DNA from: Eledone cirrhosa
Lineage: Eukaryota
Assembly (NCBI GenBank): GCA_964016885.1
Contig: OZ024742.1
Span: forward strand, 168,268,001 to 168,332,000
Reading direction: 5' to 3'
Length of the DNA: 64,000 nt
The first letter of the stretch is position 1; the number at the start of each line of letters is the position of its first letter. The position numbers were made by a program, and so were the translations under genes. Shown here in pieces: positions 11,301-27,700 of the stretch. The notes below the pieces were generated by a model. That model ran no database searches and had not been told where the DNA came from. It worked only from the letters and a program-made list of their open reading frames with translations.

Positions 11301-14300
11301 TCCATTAAAAAAATCCATTTAAAAAATCCATTAAAAAAAATTCATTAAAAAAAAATCCATAAAAAAATCCATTAAAAAAATCCATTAAAAAAAATCCATT
11401 AAAAAAAATCCATTAAAAATCCATTAAAAAAATCCATTTAAAAAAATCCATTAAAAAATCCATTAAAAAACCCATTAAAAATCCATTAAAAATCCATTAA
11501 AAATCCATTAAAAATCCATTTAAAAAACCCATTAAAAAAATCCATTTAAAAAACCCATTAAAAAAAGCCATTAAAAAATCCATTTAAAAAATCCATTAAA
11601 AAAAATCCATTTAAAACAACCCATTAAAAAAAATCCATTAAAAAAAAACCCATTAAAAAAAATCCATTAAAAAAATCCATTTAAAAAATCCATTAAAAAA
11701 AATCCATTAAAAAAAATCCATAAAAAAATCCATTAAAAAAATCCATTAAAAATCCATTAAAAAAAATCCATTTAAAAAAGCCATTAAAAAATCCATTAAA
11801 AATCCATTAAAAATCCATTTAAAAAACCCATTAAAAAATCCATTAAAAAAATCCATTTAAAAAATCCATTAAAAAAAATCCATTTAAAAAAACCCATTAA
11901 AAAAAATCCATTAAAAAAATCCATTTAAAAAATCCATTAAAAAAAATCCATTAAAAAAATCCATAAAAAAAATCCATTAAAAAAAATCCATTAAAAAAAA
12001 ATCCGTTAAAAAAAATCCATTAAAAACTCAATCAAAAACCCAATTAAAAGGCCATAAAAGAAACATTAAAACAGCATTTAAAATACCATTAAAAACGCCA
12101 TAAAAAATCATTAAAATTGTTTTTTATGAAATTTATAATATGGCTTTTAATGAATTTTTTAATGGGCTTTTAGAATCATTAAAATCCCATTAAAAATACA
12201 TTAAAGGCCCATTAAAAACGCCATAAAAAATCCATTAAAAAAATCCATTAAAAAAAACTCAATCAAAAACCCATAAAAGAAACATTAAAACAGCATTTAA
12301 AAAATCCATTAAAAATCCATTAAAAAAAAATCCATTAAAAAAATCCATTAAAAATCCATTAAAAAAATCCATTTAAAAAAATCCATTAAAAAATCCATTA
12401 AAAACCCATTAAAAATCCATTAAAAATCCATTAAAAATCCATTAAAAAATCCATTTAAAAAACCCATTAAAAAAATCCATTAAAAAATCCATTTAAAAAT
12501 CCATTAAAAAAAATCCATTTAAAAAAACCCATTAAAAAAAATCCATTAAAAAAATCCATTTAAAAAATCCATAAAAAAAAATCCATAAAAAAAATCCATT
12601 AAAAAAAATCCATTAAAAAAAAAATCCGTTAAAAAAAATCCATTAAAAATCCATTAAAAATCCATTAAAAATCCATTAAAAATCCATTAAAAAAATCCAT
12701 TTAAAAAAATCCATTAAAAACCCATTAAAAATCCATTAAAAAATCCATTAAAAAACCCATTAAAAAAAATCCATTAAAAAAAATCCATTAAAAAAATCCA
12801 TTAAAAAAAATCCATTTAAAAAACCCATTAAAAAAAATTCATTAAAAAAAAACCCATTAAAAAAAAACCCATTAAAAAAAATCCATTAAAAAAATCCATT
12901 TAAAAAATCCATTAAAAAAATCCATTAAAAAAAACTCAATCAAAAACCCATAAAAGAAACATTAAAACAGCATTTAAAAAATCCATTAAAAATCCATTAA
13001 AAAAATCCATTTAAAAAATCCATTAAAAAATCCATTAAAAATCCATTAAAAATCCATTAAAAAATCCATTTAAAAAAATCCATTAAAAAAATCCATTTAA
13101 AAAATCCATTAAAAAATCCATTTAAAAAATCCATTAAAAAAAATCCATTAAAAAAAACCATTAAAAAATCCATTAAAAAAAATCCCATTAAAAATACATT
13201 AAAGGCCCATTAAAAACGCCATAAAAAATCCATTAAAAAAAAACTCAATCAAAAACCCATAAAAGAAACATTAAAACAGCATTTAAAAAACCCATTAAAA
13301 ATTCATTAAAAAAAATCCATTTAAAAAATCCATTAAAAAATACATTAAAAATCCATTAAAAATCCATTAAAAATCCATTAAAAAATCCAATTAAAAAAAT
13401 CCATTAAAAAAATCCATTAAAAAATCCATTTAAAAAATCCATTAAAAAAAATCCATTAAAAAAAATCCATTAAAAAAAAATCCATTAAAAAAAATCCATT
13501 AAAAAAAAAATCCGTTAAAAAAAATCCATTAAAAACTCAATCAAAAACCCAATTAAAAGGCCATAAAAGAAACATTAAAACAGCATTTAAAATACCATTA
13601 AAAACGCCATAAAAAATCATTAAAATTGTTTTTTATGAAATTTATAATATGGCTTTTAATGAACTTTTTAATGGGCTTTTAGAATCATTAAAATCCCATT
13701 AAAAATACATTAAAGGCCCATTAAAAATACATTAAAGGCCCATTAAAAACGCCATAAAAAATCCATTAAAAAAAATCCATTAAAAAAAATTCAATCAAAA
13801 ACCCATAAAAGAAACATTAAAACAGCATTTAAAAAACCCATTAAAAATTCATTAAAAAAATCCATTTAAAAAATCCATTAAAAATCCATTAAAAATCCAT
13901 TAAAAATCCATTAAAAATATATTAAAAATCCATTAAAAAAAATCCATTAAAAAAATCCATTTAAAAAAATCCATTAAAAACCCATTAAAAATCCATTAAA
14001 AAATCCATTTAAAAACCCATTAAAAAAAATCCATTAAAAAAATACATTTAAAAAATCCATTAAAAAAAAATCCATTAAAAAAACCCATTAAAAAAAATCC
14101 ATTAAAAAAATCCATTTAAAAAATCCATTAAAAAAAATCCATTAAAAAAAATCCATTAAAAGCTCAATCAAAAACCCATTAAAAACGCCATAAAAAATCA
14201 TTAAAATCCCATTAAAAATACATTAAAGGCCCATTAAAAACGCCATAAAAAATCCATTGAAAAAATCCATTAAAAAAAAACTCAATCAAAAACCCATAAA

Positions 14301-14670
14301 AGAAACATTAAAACAGCATTTAAAAATCCATTAAAAATCCATTAAAAATCCATTAAAAATCCATTAAAAATTCATTAAAAAATCCATTTAAAAAACCCAT
14401 TTAAAAAACCATTTAAAAAATCCATTAAAAAAAATCCATTTAAAAAAACCCATTAAGAAAAATCCATTAAAAATCCATTAAAAAAAATCCATTTAAAAAA
14501 ATTCATTAAAAAATCCATTAAAAATCCATTAAAAATCCATTAAAAATCCATTAAAAATCCATTAAAAAATCCATTTAAAAAACCCATTAAAAAAAGCCAT
14601 TAAAAAATCCATTTAAAAAATCCATTAAAAAAAATCCAGTTAAAACAACCCATTAAAAAAAATCCATAAA
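5362..14670 (+). repeat. Higher-order tandem duplication, unit ~4.6-4.7 kb (about 5362-9969 and 9970-14670)
   Basis: Shared rare markers at offset 4608-4609: gctcaatccc 5362/9970, ccactt 6111/10720, aagaaaa 6403/11012, insertion 7509/12118. The offset rises to 4681 and then 4703 after small indels. Confidence 0.88.
6218..6387 (+). repeat. Pure 11-bp (TCCATTAAAAA)n phased A-tract block (representative of 9 copies)
   Basis: A TCTATT head at 6218, then TCCATT at 6229, 6240, 6251, 6262, 6273, 6284, 6295, 6306, 6316, 6327, 6338, 6349, 6360, 6371, 6382. Other copies start at 10827, 18459, 25993, 30982, 37336, 40917, 58643, 61743. Confidence 0.92.
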
Positions 14671-17600
14671 AAAAAACCCATTAAAAAAAATCCATTAAAA
14701 AAATCCATTTAAAAAATCCATTAAAAAAAATCCATTAAAAAAAATCCATAAAAAAATCCATTAAAAAAATCCATTAAAAATCCATTAAAAAAAATCCATT
14801 TAAAAAAGCCATTAAAAAATCCATTAAAAATCCATTAAAAATCCATTTAAAAAACCCATTAAAAAATCCATTAAAAAAATCCATTTAAAAAATCCATTAA
14901 AAAAAATCCATTTAAAAAAACCCATTAAAAAAAATCCATTAAAAAAATCCATTTAAAAAATCCATTAAAAGAAATCCATTAAAAAAATCCATTAAAAAAA
15001 TCCATTAAAAAAAATCCATTAAAAAAAAATCCGTTAAAAAAAATCCATTAAAAACTCAATCAAAAACCCAATTAAAAGGCCATAAAAGAAACATTAAAAC
15101 AGCATTTAAAATACCATTAAAAACGCCATAAAAAATCATTAAAATTGTTTTTTATGAAATTTATAATATGGCTTTTAATGAATTTTTTAATGGGCTTTTA
15201 GAATCATTAAAATCCCATTAAAAATACATTAAAGGCCCATTAAAAACGCCATAAAAAATCCATTAAAAAAATCCATTAAAAAAAAACTCAATCAAAAACC
15301 CATAAAAGAAACATTAAAACAGCATTTAAAAAATCCATTAAAAATCCATTAAAAAAAAATCCATTAAAAAAATCCATTAAAAATCCATTAAAAAAATCCA
15401 TGTAAAAAAATCCATTAAAAAATCCATTAAAAACCCATTAAAAATCCATTAAAAATCCATTAAAAATCCATTAAAAAATCCATTTAAAAAACCCATTAAA
15501 AAAATCCATTAAAAAATCCATTTAAAAATCCATTAAAAAAAATCCATTTAAAAAAACCCATTAAAAAAAATCCATTAAAAAAATCCATTTAAAAAATCCA
15601 TAAAAAAAAATCCATAAAAAAAATCCATTAAAAAAAATCCATTAAAAAAAAAATCCGTTAAAAAAAATCCATTAAAAATCCATTAAAAATCCATTAAAAA
15701 TCCATTAAAAATCCATTAAAAATCCATTAAAAAACCCATTTAAAAAAATCCATTAAAAAAATCCATTAAAAAAATACATTAAAAAAATCCATTAAAAAAA
15801 TCCATTAAAAAAAATCCATTAAAAAAATCCATTAAAAAAAATCCATTAAAAATCCATTAAAAAAATCCATTTAAAAAAATCGATTAAAAACCCATTAAAA
15901 ATCCATTAAAAATCCATTTAAAAAACCCATAAAAAAATCCATTAAAAAAATCCATTTAAAAAATCCATTAAAAAAAATCCATTTAAAAAAACCCATTAAA
16001 AAAAATCCATTAAAAAAATCCATTTAAAAAATCCATTAAAAAAAATCCATTAAAAAAATCCATAAAAAAAATCCATTAAAAAAAATCCATTAAAAAAAAA
16101 TCCGTTAAAAAAAATCCATTAAAAACTCAATCAAAAACCCAATTAAAAGGCCATAAAAGAAACATTAAAACAGCATTTAAAATACCATTAAAAACGCCAT
16201 AAAAAATCATTAAAATTGTTTTTTATGAAATTTATAATATGGCTTTTAATGAATTTTTTAATGGGCTTTTAGAATCATTAAAATCCCATTAAAAATACAT
16301 TAAAGGCCCATTAAAAACGCCATAAAAAATCCATTAAAAAAATCCATTAAAAAAAAACTCAATCAAAAACCCATAAAAGAAACATTAAAACAGCATTTAA
16401 AAAATCCATTAAAAATCCATTAAAAAAAAATCCATTAAAAAAATCCATTAAAAATCCATTAAAAAAATCCATTTAAAAAAATCCATTAAAAATCCATTAA
16501 AAACCCATTAAAAATCCATTAAAAATCCATTAAAAATCCATTAAAAAATCCATTTAAAAAACCCATTAAAAAAATCCATTAAAAAATCCATTTAAAAATC
16601 CAGTAAAAAAAATCCATTTAAAAAAACCCATTAAAAAAATCCATTAAAAAAATCCATTTAAAAAATCAATAAAAAAAAATCCATAAAAAAATCCATTAAA
16701 AAAAATCCATTAAAAAAAAAATCCGTTAAAAAAAATCCATTAAAAATCCATTAAAAATCCATTAAAAATCCATTAAAAATCCATTTAAAAAAATCCATTA
16801 AAAAAATCCATTAAAAAAATCCATTTAAAAAATCCATTAAAAAAAATCCATTAAAAAAAAATCCATTAAAAAAAATCCATTAAAAAAAATCAATTTAAAA
16901 AAATCCATTAAAAATCCATTAAAAAAATCCATTCAAAAAAATCCATTAAAAACCCATTAAAAATCCATTAAAAATCCATTAAAAAATCCATTTAAAAAAA
17001 CCATTAAAAAAAATCCATTAAAAAAATCCATTTAAAAAATCCATTAAAAAAAATCCATTAAAAAAAACTCAATCAAAAACCCATAAAAGAAACATTAAAA
17101 CAGCATTTAAAAAATCCATTAAAAATCCATTAAAAAAATCCATTTAAAAAATCCATTAAAAAATCCATTAAAAATCCATTAAAAATCCATTAAAAAATCC
17201 ATTTAAAAAAATCCATTAAAAAAATCCATTTAAAAAATCCATTAAAAAATCCATTTAAAAAATCCATTAAAAAAAATCCATTAAAAAAAACCATTAAAAA
17301 ATCCATTAAAAAAAATCCCATTAAAAATACATTAAAGGCCCATTAAAAACGCCATAAAAAATCCATTAAAAAAATCCATTAAAAAAAAACTCAATCAAAA
17401 ACCCATAAAAGAAACATTAAAACAGCATTTAAAAAATCCATTAAAAAAATCCATTTAAAAAAATCCATTAAAAAATCCATTAAAAATCCATTAAAAATCC
17501 ATTAAAAATCCATTAAAAATCCATTAAAAAATCCATTAAAAATCCATTAAAAATCCATTAAAAATCCATTAAAAAATCCATTTAAAAAAATCCATTAAAA

Positions 17601-20600
17601 AAATCCATTAAAAAATCCATTTAAAAAATCCATTTAAAAAAATCCATTAAAAAAAATCCATTAAAAAAAAATCCATTAAAAAAAATCCATTAAAAAAAAA
17701 ATCCGTTAAAAAAAATCCATTAAAAACTCAATCAAACACCCAATTAAAAGGCCATAAAAGAAACATTAAAACAGCATTTAAAATACCATTAAAAACGCCA
17801 TAAAAAATCATTAAAATTGTTTTTTATGAAATTTATAATATGGCTTTTAATGAACTTTTTAATGGGCTTTTAGAATCATTAAAATCCCATTAAAAATACA
17901 TTAAAGGCCATAAAAAATCCATTAAAAAAAATCCATTAAAAAAAAATTCAATCAAAAACCCATAAAAGAAACATTAAAACAGCATTTAAAAAACCCATTA
18001 AAAATTCATTAAAAAAATCCATTTAAAAAATCCATTAAAAATCCATTAAAAATCCATTAAAAATCCATTAAAAATCCATTAAAAATAATCCATTAAAAAA
18101 AAATTCAATCAAAAACCCATAAAAGAAACATTAAAACAGCATTTAAAAAATCCATTTAAAAAAATCCATTAAAAAAGCCATTAAAAATCCATTAAAAATC
18201 CATTAAAAAAAAATCCATTAAAAAAAATCCATTAAAAATCCATTAAAAAAATCCATTTAAAAAAATCCATTAAAAAATCCATTAAAAATCCATTAAAAAT
18301 CCATTAAAAAATCCATTTAAAAAAATCCATTAAAAATCCATTAAAAATCCACTTAAAAAAATCCATTTAAAAAATCCATTTAAAAAACCCATTACAAAAA
18401 ATACATTAAAAAAAATCCATAAAAAAAAAAGCCATTAAAAAAAATCCATTAAAAAAAATCTATTAAAAATCCATTAAAAATCCATTAAAAATCCATTAAA
18501 AATCCATTAAAAATCCATTAAAAATCCATTAAAAATCCATTAAAAATCCATTAAAATCCATTAAAAATCCATTAAAAATCCATTAAAAATCCATTAAAAA
18601 TCCATTAAAAATCCATTAAAAATCCATTAAAAAATCCATTTAAGAAAATCCATTAAAAAATCCATTAAAAAATCCATTTAAAAAATCCATTAAAAAATCC
18701 ATTAAAAAAAAATTCATTAAAAAAAAAATCCATTAAAAAAAATCAATTTAAAAAAATCCATTAAAAATCCATTAAAAAAATCCATTTAAAAAAATCCATT
18801 AAAAACCCATTAAAAACCCATTAAAAATCCATTAAAAATCCATTTAAAAAACCCATTAAAAAAAATCCATTAAAAAAAATCCATTTAAAAAATCCATTAA
18901 AAAAAATCCATTAAAAAAACCCATTAAAAAAATCCATTAAAAAAATCCATTTAAAAAATCCATTAAAAAAAATTCATTAAAAAAAAATCCATAAAAAAAT
19001 CCATTAAAAAAATCCATTAAAAAAAATCCATTAAAAAAAATCCATTAAAAATCCATTAAAAAAATCCATTTAAAAAAATCCATTAAAAAATCCATTAAAA
19101 AACCCATTAAAAATCCATTAAAAATCCATTAAAAATCCATTAAAAATCCATTTAAAAAACCCATTAAAAAAATCCATTTAAAAAACCCATTAAAAAAAGC
19201 CATTAAAAAATCCATTTAAAAAATCCATTAAAAAAAATCCATTTAAAACAACCCATTAAAAAAAATCCATTAAAAAAAAACCCATTAAAAAAAATCCATT
19301 AAAAAAATCCATTTAAAAAATCCATTAAAAAAAATCCATTAAAAAAAATCCATAAAAAAATCCATTAAAAAAATCCATTAAAAATCCATTAAAAAAAATC
19401 CATTTAAAAAAGCCATTAAAAAATCCATTAAAAATCCATTAAAAATCCATTTAAAAAACCCATTAAAAAATCCATTAAAAAAATCCATTTAAAAAATCCA
19501 TTAAAAAAAATCCATTTAAAAAAACCCATTAAAAAAAATCCATTAAAAAAATCCATTTAAAAAATCCATTAAAAAAAATCCATTAAAAAAATCCATAAAA
19601 AAAATCCATTAAAAAAAATCCATTAAAAAAAAATCCGTTAAAAAAAAATCCATTAAAAACTCAATCAAAAACCCAATTAAAAGGCCATAAAAGAAACATT
19701 AAAACAGCATTTAAAATACCATTAAAAACGCCATAAAAAATCATTAAAATTGTTTTTTATGAAATTTATAATATGGCTTTTAATGAATTTTTTAATGGGC
19801 TTTTAGAATCATTAAAATCCCATTAAAAATACATTAAAGGCCCATTAAAAACGCCATAAAAAATCCATTAAAAAAATCCATTAAAAAAAACTCAATCAAA
19901 AACCCATAAAAGAAACATTAAAACAGCATTTAATAAATCCATTAAAAATCCATTAAAAAAAAATCCATTAAAAAAATCCATTAAAAATCCATTAAAAAAA
20001 TCCATTTAAAAAAATCCATTAAAAAATCCATTAAAAACCCATTAAAAATCCATTAAAAATCCATTAAAAATCCATTAAAAAATCCATTTAAAAAACCCAT
20101 TAAAAAAATCCATTAAAAAATCCATTTAAAAATCCATTAAAAAAAATCCATTTAAAAAAACCCATTAAAAAAAATCCATTAAAAAAATCCATTTAAAAAA
20201 TCCATAAAAAAAAATCCATAAAAAAAATCCATTAAAAAAAATCCATTAAAAAAAAAATCCGTTAAAAAAAATCCATTAAAAATCCATTAAAAATCCATTA
20301 AAAATCCATTAAAAATCCATTAAAAATCCATTAAAAAACCCATTTAAAAAAATCCATTAAAAAAATCCATTAAAAAAATCCATTAAAAAAATCCATTAAA
20401 AAAATCCATTAAAAAAAATCCATTAAAAAAATCCATTAAAAAAAATCCATTAAAAATCCATTAAAAAAATCCATTTAAAAAAATCCATTAAAAACCCATT
20501 AAAAATCCATTAAAAAATCCATTAAAAAACCCATTAAAAAAAATCGATTAAAAAAATCCATTAAAACAATCCATTAAAAAAAATCCATTTAAAAAACCCA

Positions 20601-23600
20601 TTAAAAAAAATCCATTAAAAAAAACCCATTAAAAAAAACCCATTAAAAAAAATCCATTAAAAAAATCCATTTAAAAAATCCATTAAAAAAATCCATTAAA
20701 AAAAACTCAATCAAAAACCCATAAAAGAAACATTAAAACAGCATTTAAAAAATCCATTAAAAATCCATTAAAAAAATCCATTAAAAATCCATTAAAAAAT
20801 CCATTTAAAAAAATCCATTAAAAAAATCCATTTAAAAAATCCATTAAAAAATCCATTTAAAAAATCCATTAAAAAAAATCCATTAAAAAAAACCATTAAA
20901 AAATCCATTAAAAAAAATCCCATTAAAAATACATTAAAGGCCCATTAAAAACGCCATAAAAAATCCATTAAAAAAAAACTCAATCAAAAACCCATAAAAG
21001 AAACATTAAAACAGCATTTAAAAAACCCATTAAAAATTCATTAAAAAAAATCCATTTAAAAAATCCATTAAAAAATACATTAAAAATCCATTAAAAATCC
21101 ATTAAAAATCCATTAAAAAATCCAATTAAAAAAATCCATTAAAAAAATCCATTAAAAAATCCATTTAAAAAATCCATTAAAAAAAATCCATTAAAAAAAA
21201 TCCATTAAAAAAAAATCCATTAAAAAAAATCCATTAAAAAAAAAATCCGTTAAAAAAAATCCATTAAAAACTCATTCAAAAACCTAATTAAAAGGCCATA
21301 AAAGAAACATTAAAACAGCATTTAAAATACCATTAAAAACGCCATAAAAAATCATTAAAATTGTTTTTTATGAAATTTATAATATGGCTTTTAATGAACT
21401 TTTTAATGGGCTTTTAGAATCATTAAAATCCCATTAAAAATACATTAAAGGCCCATTAAAAACGCCATAAAAAATCCATTAAAAAAAATCCATTAAAAAA
21501 AATTCAATCAAAAACCCATAAAAGAAACATTAAAACAGCATTTAAAAAACCCATTAAAAATTCATTAAAAAAATCCATTTAAAAAATCCATTAAAAATCC
21601 ATTAAAAATCCATTAAAAATCCATTAAAAATATATTAAAAATCCATTAAAAAAAATCCATTAAAAAAATCCATTTAAAAAAATCCATTAAAAACCCATTA
21701 AAAATCCATTAAAAAATCCATTTAAAAACCCATTAAAAAAAATCCATTAAAAAAATACATTTAAAAAATCCATTAAAAAAAAATCCATTTAAAAAACCCA
21801 TTAAAAAAAATCCATTAAAAAAATCCATTTAAAAAATCCATTAAAAAAAATCCATTAAAAAAAATCCATTAAAAGCTCAATCAAAAACCCATTAAAAACG
21901 CCATAAAAAATCATTAAAATCCCATTAAAAATACATTAAAGGCCCATTAAAAACGCCATAAAAAATCCATTGAAAAAATCCATTAAAAAAAAACTCAATC
22001 AAAAACCCATAAAAGAAACATTAAAACAGCATTTAAAAATCCATTAAAAATCCATTAAAAATCCATTAAAAATCCATTAAAAATTCATTAAAAAATCCAT
22101 TTAAAAAACCCATTTAAAAAACCATTTAAAAAATCCATTAAAAAAAATCCATTTAAAAAAACCCATTAAGAAAAATCCATTAAAAATCCATTAAAAAAAA
22201 TCCATTTAAAAAAATTCATTAAAAAATCCATTAAAAATCCATTAAAAATCCATTAAAAATCCATTAAAAATCCATTAAAAATCCATTAAAAAATCCATTT
22301 AAAAAACCCATTAAAAAAAGCCATTAAAAAATCCATTTAAAAAATCCATTAAAAAAAATCCAGTTAAAACAACCCATTAAAAAAAATCCATTAAAAAAAA
22401 CCCATTAAAAAAAATCCATTAAAAAAATCCATTTAAAAAATCCATTGAAAAAAATCCATTAAAAAAAATCCATAAAAAAATCCATTAAAAAAATCCATTA
22501 AAAATCCATTAAAAAAAATCCATTTAAAAAAGCCATTAAAAAATCCATTAAAAATCCATTAAAAATCCATTTAAAAAACCCATTAAAAAATCCATTAAAA
22601 AAATCCATTTAAAAAATCCATTAAAAAAAATCCATTTAAAAAAACCCATTAAAAAAAATCCATTAAAAAAATCCATTTAAAAAATCCATTAAAAAAAATC
22701 CATTAAAAAAATCCATTAAAAAAATCCATTAAAAAAAATCCATTAAAAAAAAATCCGTTAAAAAAAATCCATTAAAAACTCAATCAAAAACCCAATTAAA
22801 AGGCCATAAAAGAAACATTAAAACAGCATTTAAAATACCATTAAAAACGCCATAAAAAATCATTAAAATTGTTTTTTATGAAATTTATAATATGGCTTTT
22901 AATGAATTTTTTAATGGGCTTTTAGAATCATTAAAATCCCATTAAAAATACATTAAAGGCCCATTAAAAACGCCATAAAAAATCCATTAAAAAAATCCAT
23001 TAAAAAAAAACTCAATCAAAAACCCATAAAAGAAACATTAAAACAGCATTTAAAAAATCCATTAAAAATCCATTAAAAAAAAATCCATTAAAAAAATCCA
23101 TTAAAAATCCATTAAAAAAATCCATTTAAAAAAATCCATTAAAAAATCCATTAAAAACCCATTAAAAATCCATTAAAAATCCATTAAAAATCCATTAAAA
23201 AATCCATTTAAAAAACCCATTAAAAAAATCCATTAAAAAATCCATTTAAAAATCCATTAAAAAAAATCCATTTAAAAAAACCCATTAAAAAAAATCCATT
23301 AAAAAAATCCATTTAAAAAATCCATAAAAAAAAATCCATAAAAAAAATCCATTAAAAAAAATCCATTAAAAAAAAAATCCGTTAAAAAAAATCCATTAAA
23401 AATCCATTAAAAATCCATTAAAAATCCATTAAAAATCCATTAAAAATCCATTAAAAATCCATTAAAAAACCCATTTAAAAAAATCCATTAAAAAAATCCA
23501 TTAAAAAAATCCATTAAAAAAATCCATTAAAAAAATCCATTAAAAAAAATCCATTAAAAAAATCCATTAAAAAAAATCCATTAAAAATCCATTAAAAAAA

Positions 23601-24748
23601 TCCATTTAAAAAAATCCATTAAAAACCCATTAAAAATCCATTAAAAATCCATTTAAAAAACCCATAAAAAAATCCATTAAAAAAATCCATTTAAAAAATC
23701 CATTAAAAAAAATCCATTTAAAAAAACCCATTAAAAAAAATCCATTAAAAAAATCCATTTAAAAAATCCATTAAAAAAAATCCATTAAAAAAATCCATAA
23801 AAAAAATCCATTAAAAAAAATCCATTAAAAAAAAATCCGTTAAAAAAAATCCATTAAAAACTCAATCAAAAACCCAATTAAAAGGCCATAAAAGAAACAT
23901 TAAAACAGCATTTAAAATACCATTAAAAACGCCATAAAAAATCATTAAAATTGTTTTTTATGAAATTTATAATATGGCTTTTAATGAATTTTTTAATGGG
24001 CTTTTAGAATCATTAAAATCCCATTAAAAATACATTAAAGGCCCATTAAAAACGCCATAAAAAATCCATTAAAAAAATCCATTAAAAAAAAACTCAATCA
24101 AAAACCCATAAAAGAAACATTAAAACAGCATTTAAAAAATCCATTAAAAATCCATTAAAAAAAAATCCATTAAAAAAATCCATTAAAAATCCATTAAAAA
24201 AATCCATTTAAAAAAATCCATTAAAAATCCATTAAAAACCCATTAAAAATCCATTAAAAATCCATTAAAAATCCATTAAAAAATCCATTTAAAAAACCCA
24301 TTAAAAAAATCCATTAAAAAATCCATTTAAAAATCCAGTAAAAAAAATCCATTTAAAAAAACCCATTAAAAAAATCCATTAAAAAAATCCATTTAAAAAA
24401 TCCATAAAAAAAAATCCATAAAAAAATCCATTAAAAAAAATCCATTAAAAAAAAAATCCGTTAAAAAAAATCCATTAAAAATCCATTAAAAATCCATTAA
24501 AAATCCATTAAAAATCCATTTAAAAAAATCCATTAAAAAAATCCATTAAAAAAATCCATTTAAAAAATCCATTAAAAAAAATCCATTAAAAAAAAATCCA
24601 TTAAAAAAAATCCATTAAAAAAAATCAATTTAAAAAAATCCATTAAAAATCCATTAAAAAAATCCATTCAAAAAAATCCATTAAAAACCCATTAAAAATC
24701 CATTAAAAATCCATTAAAAAATCCATTTAAAAAAACCATTAAAAAAAA

Positions 24749-27700
24749 TCCATTAAAAAAGCCATTAAAAATCCATTAAAAATCCATTAAAAAAAAATCC
24801 ATTAAAAAAAATCCATTAAAAATCCATTAAAAAAATCCATTTAAAAAAATCCATTAAAAAATCCATTAAAAATCCATTAAAAATCCATTAAAAAATCCAT
24901 TTAAAAAACCCATTAAAAAAATCCATTTAAAAAATCCATTTAAAAAATCCATTAAAAAAAATCCATTTAAAAAAACCCATTAAAAAAAATCCATTAAGAA
25001 AATCCATTTAAAAAATCCATTAAAAAAAATCCATTAAAAAAAATCCATAAAAAAAAATCCATTAAAAAAAATCCATTAAAAAAAAATCCGTTAAAAAAAA
25101 TCGATTAAAAAAAAATCCGTTAAAAAAATCCATTAAAAGCTCAATCCCATTAAAAACGCCATAAAAATCATTAAAATCCAATTAAAGATACATTAAAGGC
25201 CCATTAAAAACGCCATAAAAAATCCATTAAAAAAATCCATTAAAAAAACTCAATCAAAAACCCATAAAAGAAACATTAAAACAGCATTTAAAAAATCCAT
25301 TAAAAATCCATTAAAAAAATCCATTTAATAAAATCCATTAAAAAATCCATTAAAAATCCATTAAAAATCCATTAAAAATCCATTAAAAATCCATTAAAAA
25401 TCCATTAAAAAACCCATTTAAAAAAATCCATTAAAAAAATCCATTAAAAAAAGCCATTAAAAAATCCATTTAAAAAAAGCCATTAAAAAAATCCATTAAA
25501 AAAAAATCCATTAAAAATCCATTAAAAAAATCCATTTAAAAAAATCCATTAAAAACCCATTAAAAATCCATTAAAAAATCCATTAAAAAACCCATTAAAA
25601 AAAATCCATTAGAAAAATCCATTTAAAAAATCCATTAAAAAAAAATCCATTTAAAAAACCCATTAAAAAAAATCCATTGAAAAAATCCATTTAAAAAATC
25701 CATTTAAAAAATCCATTAAAAAAATCCATTTAAAAAATCCATAAAAAAAAACCATTAAAAAAAATCCATTAAAAAAAAATCCATTAAAAAAAATCCATTA
25801 AAAAAAATCCATTAAAAATCCATTAAAAAAAATCCATTTAAAAAAAATTCATTAAAAAATCCATTAAAAATCCATTAAAAATCCATTTAAAAAAATCCAT
25901 TTAAAAAATCCATTTAAAAAACCCATTACAAAAAATACATTAAAAAAAATCCATAAAAAAAAAAGCCATTAAAAAAAATCCATTAAAAAAAATCTATTAA
26001 AAATCCATTAAAAATCCATTAAAAATCCATTAAAAATCCATTAAAAATCCATTAAAAATCCATTAAAAAGCCATTAAAAATCCATTAAAATCCATTAAAA
26101 ATCCATTAAAAATCCATTAAAAATCCATTAAAAATCCATTAAAAAATCCATTTAAAAAAATCCATTAAAAAATCCATTAAAAAATCCATTTAAAAAATCC
26201 ATTAAAAAAATCCATTAAAAAAAAATCCATTAAAAAAAAAATCCATTAAAAAAAATCAATTTAAAAAAATCCATTAAAAATCCATTAAAAAAATCCATTT
26301 AAAAAAATCCATTAAAAACCCATTAAAAACCCATTAAAAATCCATTAAAAATCCATTTAAAAAACCCATTAAAAAAAATCCATTAAAAAAAATCCATTTA
26401 AAAAATCCATTTAAAAAAATCCATTAAAAAAACGCATTAAAAAAATCCATTAAAAAAAATCCATTTAAAAAATCCATTAAAAAAAATTCATTAAAAAAAA
26501 ATCCATAAAAAAATCCATTAAAAAAATCCATTTAAAAAAATCCATTAAAAAAAATCCATTAAAAATCCATTAAAAAAATCCATTAAAAAAAATCCATTAA
26601 AAAATTCATTAAAAAACCCATTAAAAATCCATTAAAAATCCATTAAAAATCCATTAAAAATCCATTTAAAAAACCCATTAAAAAAATCCATTTAAAAAAC
26701 CCATTAAAAAAAGCCATTAAAAAATCCATTTAAAAAATCCATTAAAAAAAATCCATTTAAAACAACCCATTAAAAAAATCCATTAAAAAAAACCCATTAA
26801 AAAAAATCCATTAAAAAAATCCATTTAAAAAATCCATTAAAAAAAATCCATTAAAAAAAATCCATAAAAAAATCCATTAAAAAAATCCATTAAAAATCCA
26901 TTAAAAAAAATCCATTTAAAAAAGCCATTAAAAAATCCATTAAAAATCCATTAAAAATCCATTTAAAAAACCCATTAAAAAATCCATTAAAAAAATCCAT
27001 TTAAAAAATCCATTAAAAAAAATCCATTTAAAAAAACTCATTTAAAAAAATCCATTAAAAAAATCCATTTAAAAAATCCATTAAAAAAAATCCATTAAAA
27101 AAAATCCATTAAAAGCTCAATCAAAAACCCATTAAAAACGCCATTTAAAATCCCATTAAAAATACATTAAAGGCCCATTAAAAACGCCATAAAAAATCCA
27201 TTGAAAAAATCCATTAAAAAAAAACTCAATCAAAAACCCATAAAAGAAACATTAAAACAGCATTTAAAAATCCATTAAAAATCCATTAAAAATCCATTAA
27301 AAATCCATTAAAAATTCATTAAAAAATCCATTTAAAAAACCCATTTAAAAAACCATTTAAAAAATCCATTAAAAAAAATCCATTTAAAAAAACCCATTAA
27401 GAAAAATCCATTAAAAATCCATTAAAAAAAATCCATTTAAAAAAATTCATTAAAAAATCCATTAAAAATCCATTAAAAATCCATTAAAAATCCATTAAAA
27501 ATCCATTAAAAATCCATTAAAAAATCCATTTAAAAAACCCATTAAAAAAAGCCATTAAAAAATCCATTTAAAAAATCCATTAAAAAAAATCCAGTTAAAA
27601 CAACCCATTAAAAAAAATCCATTAAAAAAAACCCATTAAAAAAAATCCATTAAAAAAATCCATTTAAAAAATCCATTAAAAAAAATCCATTAAAAAAAAT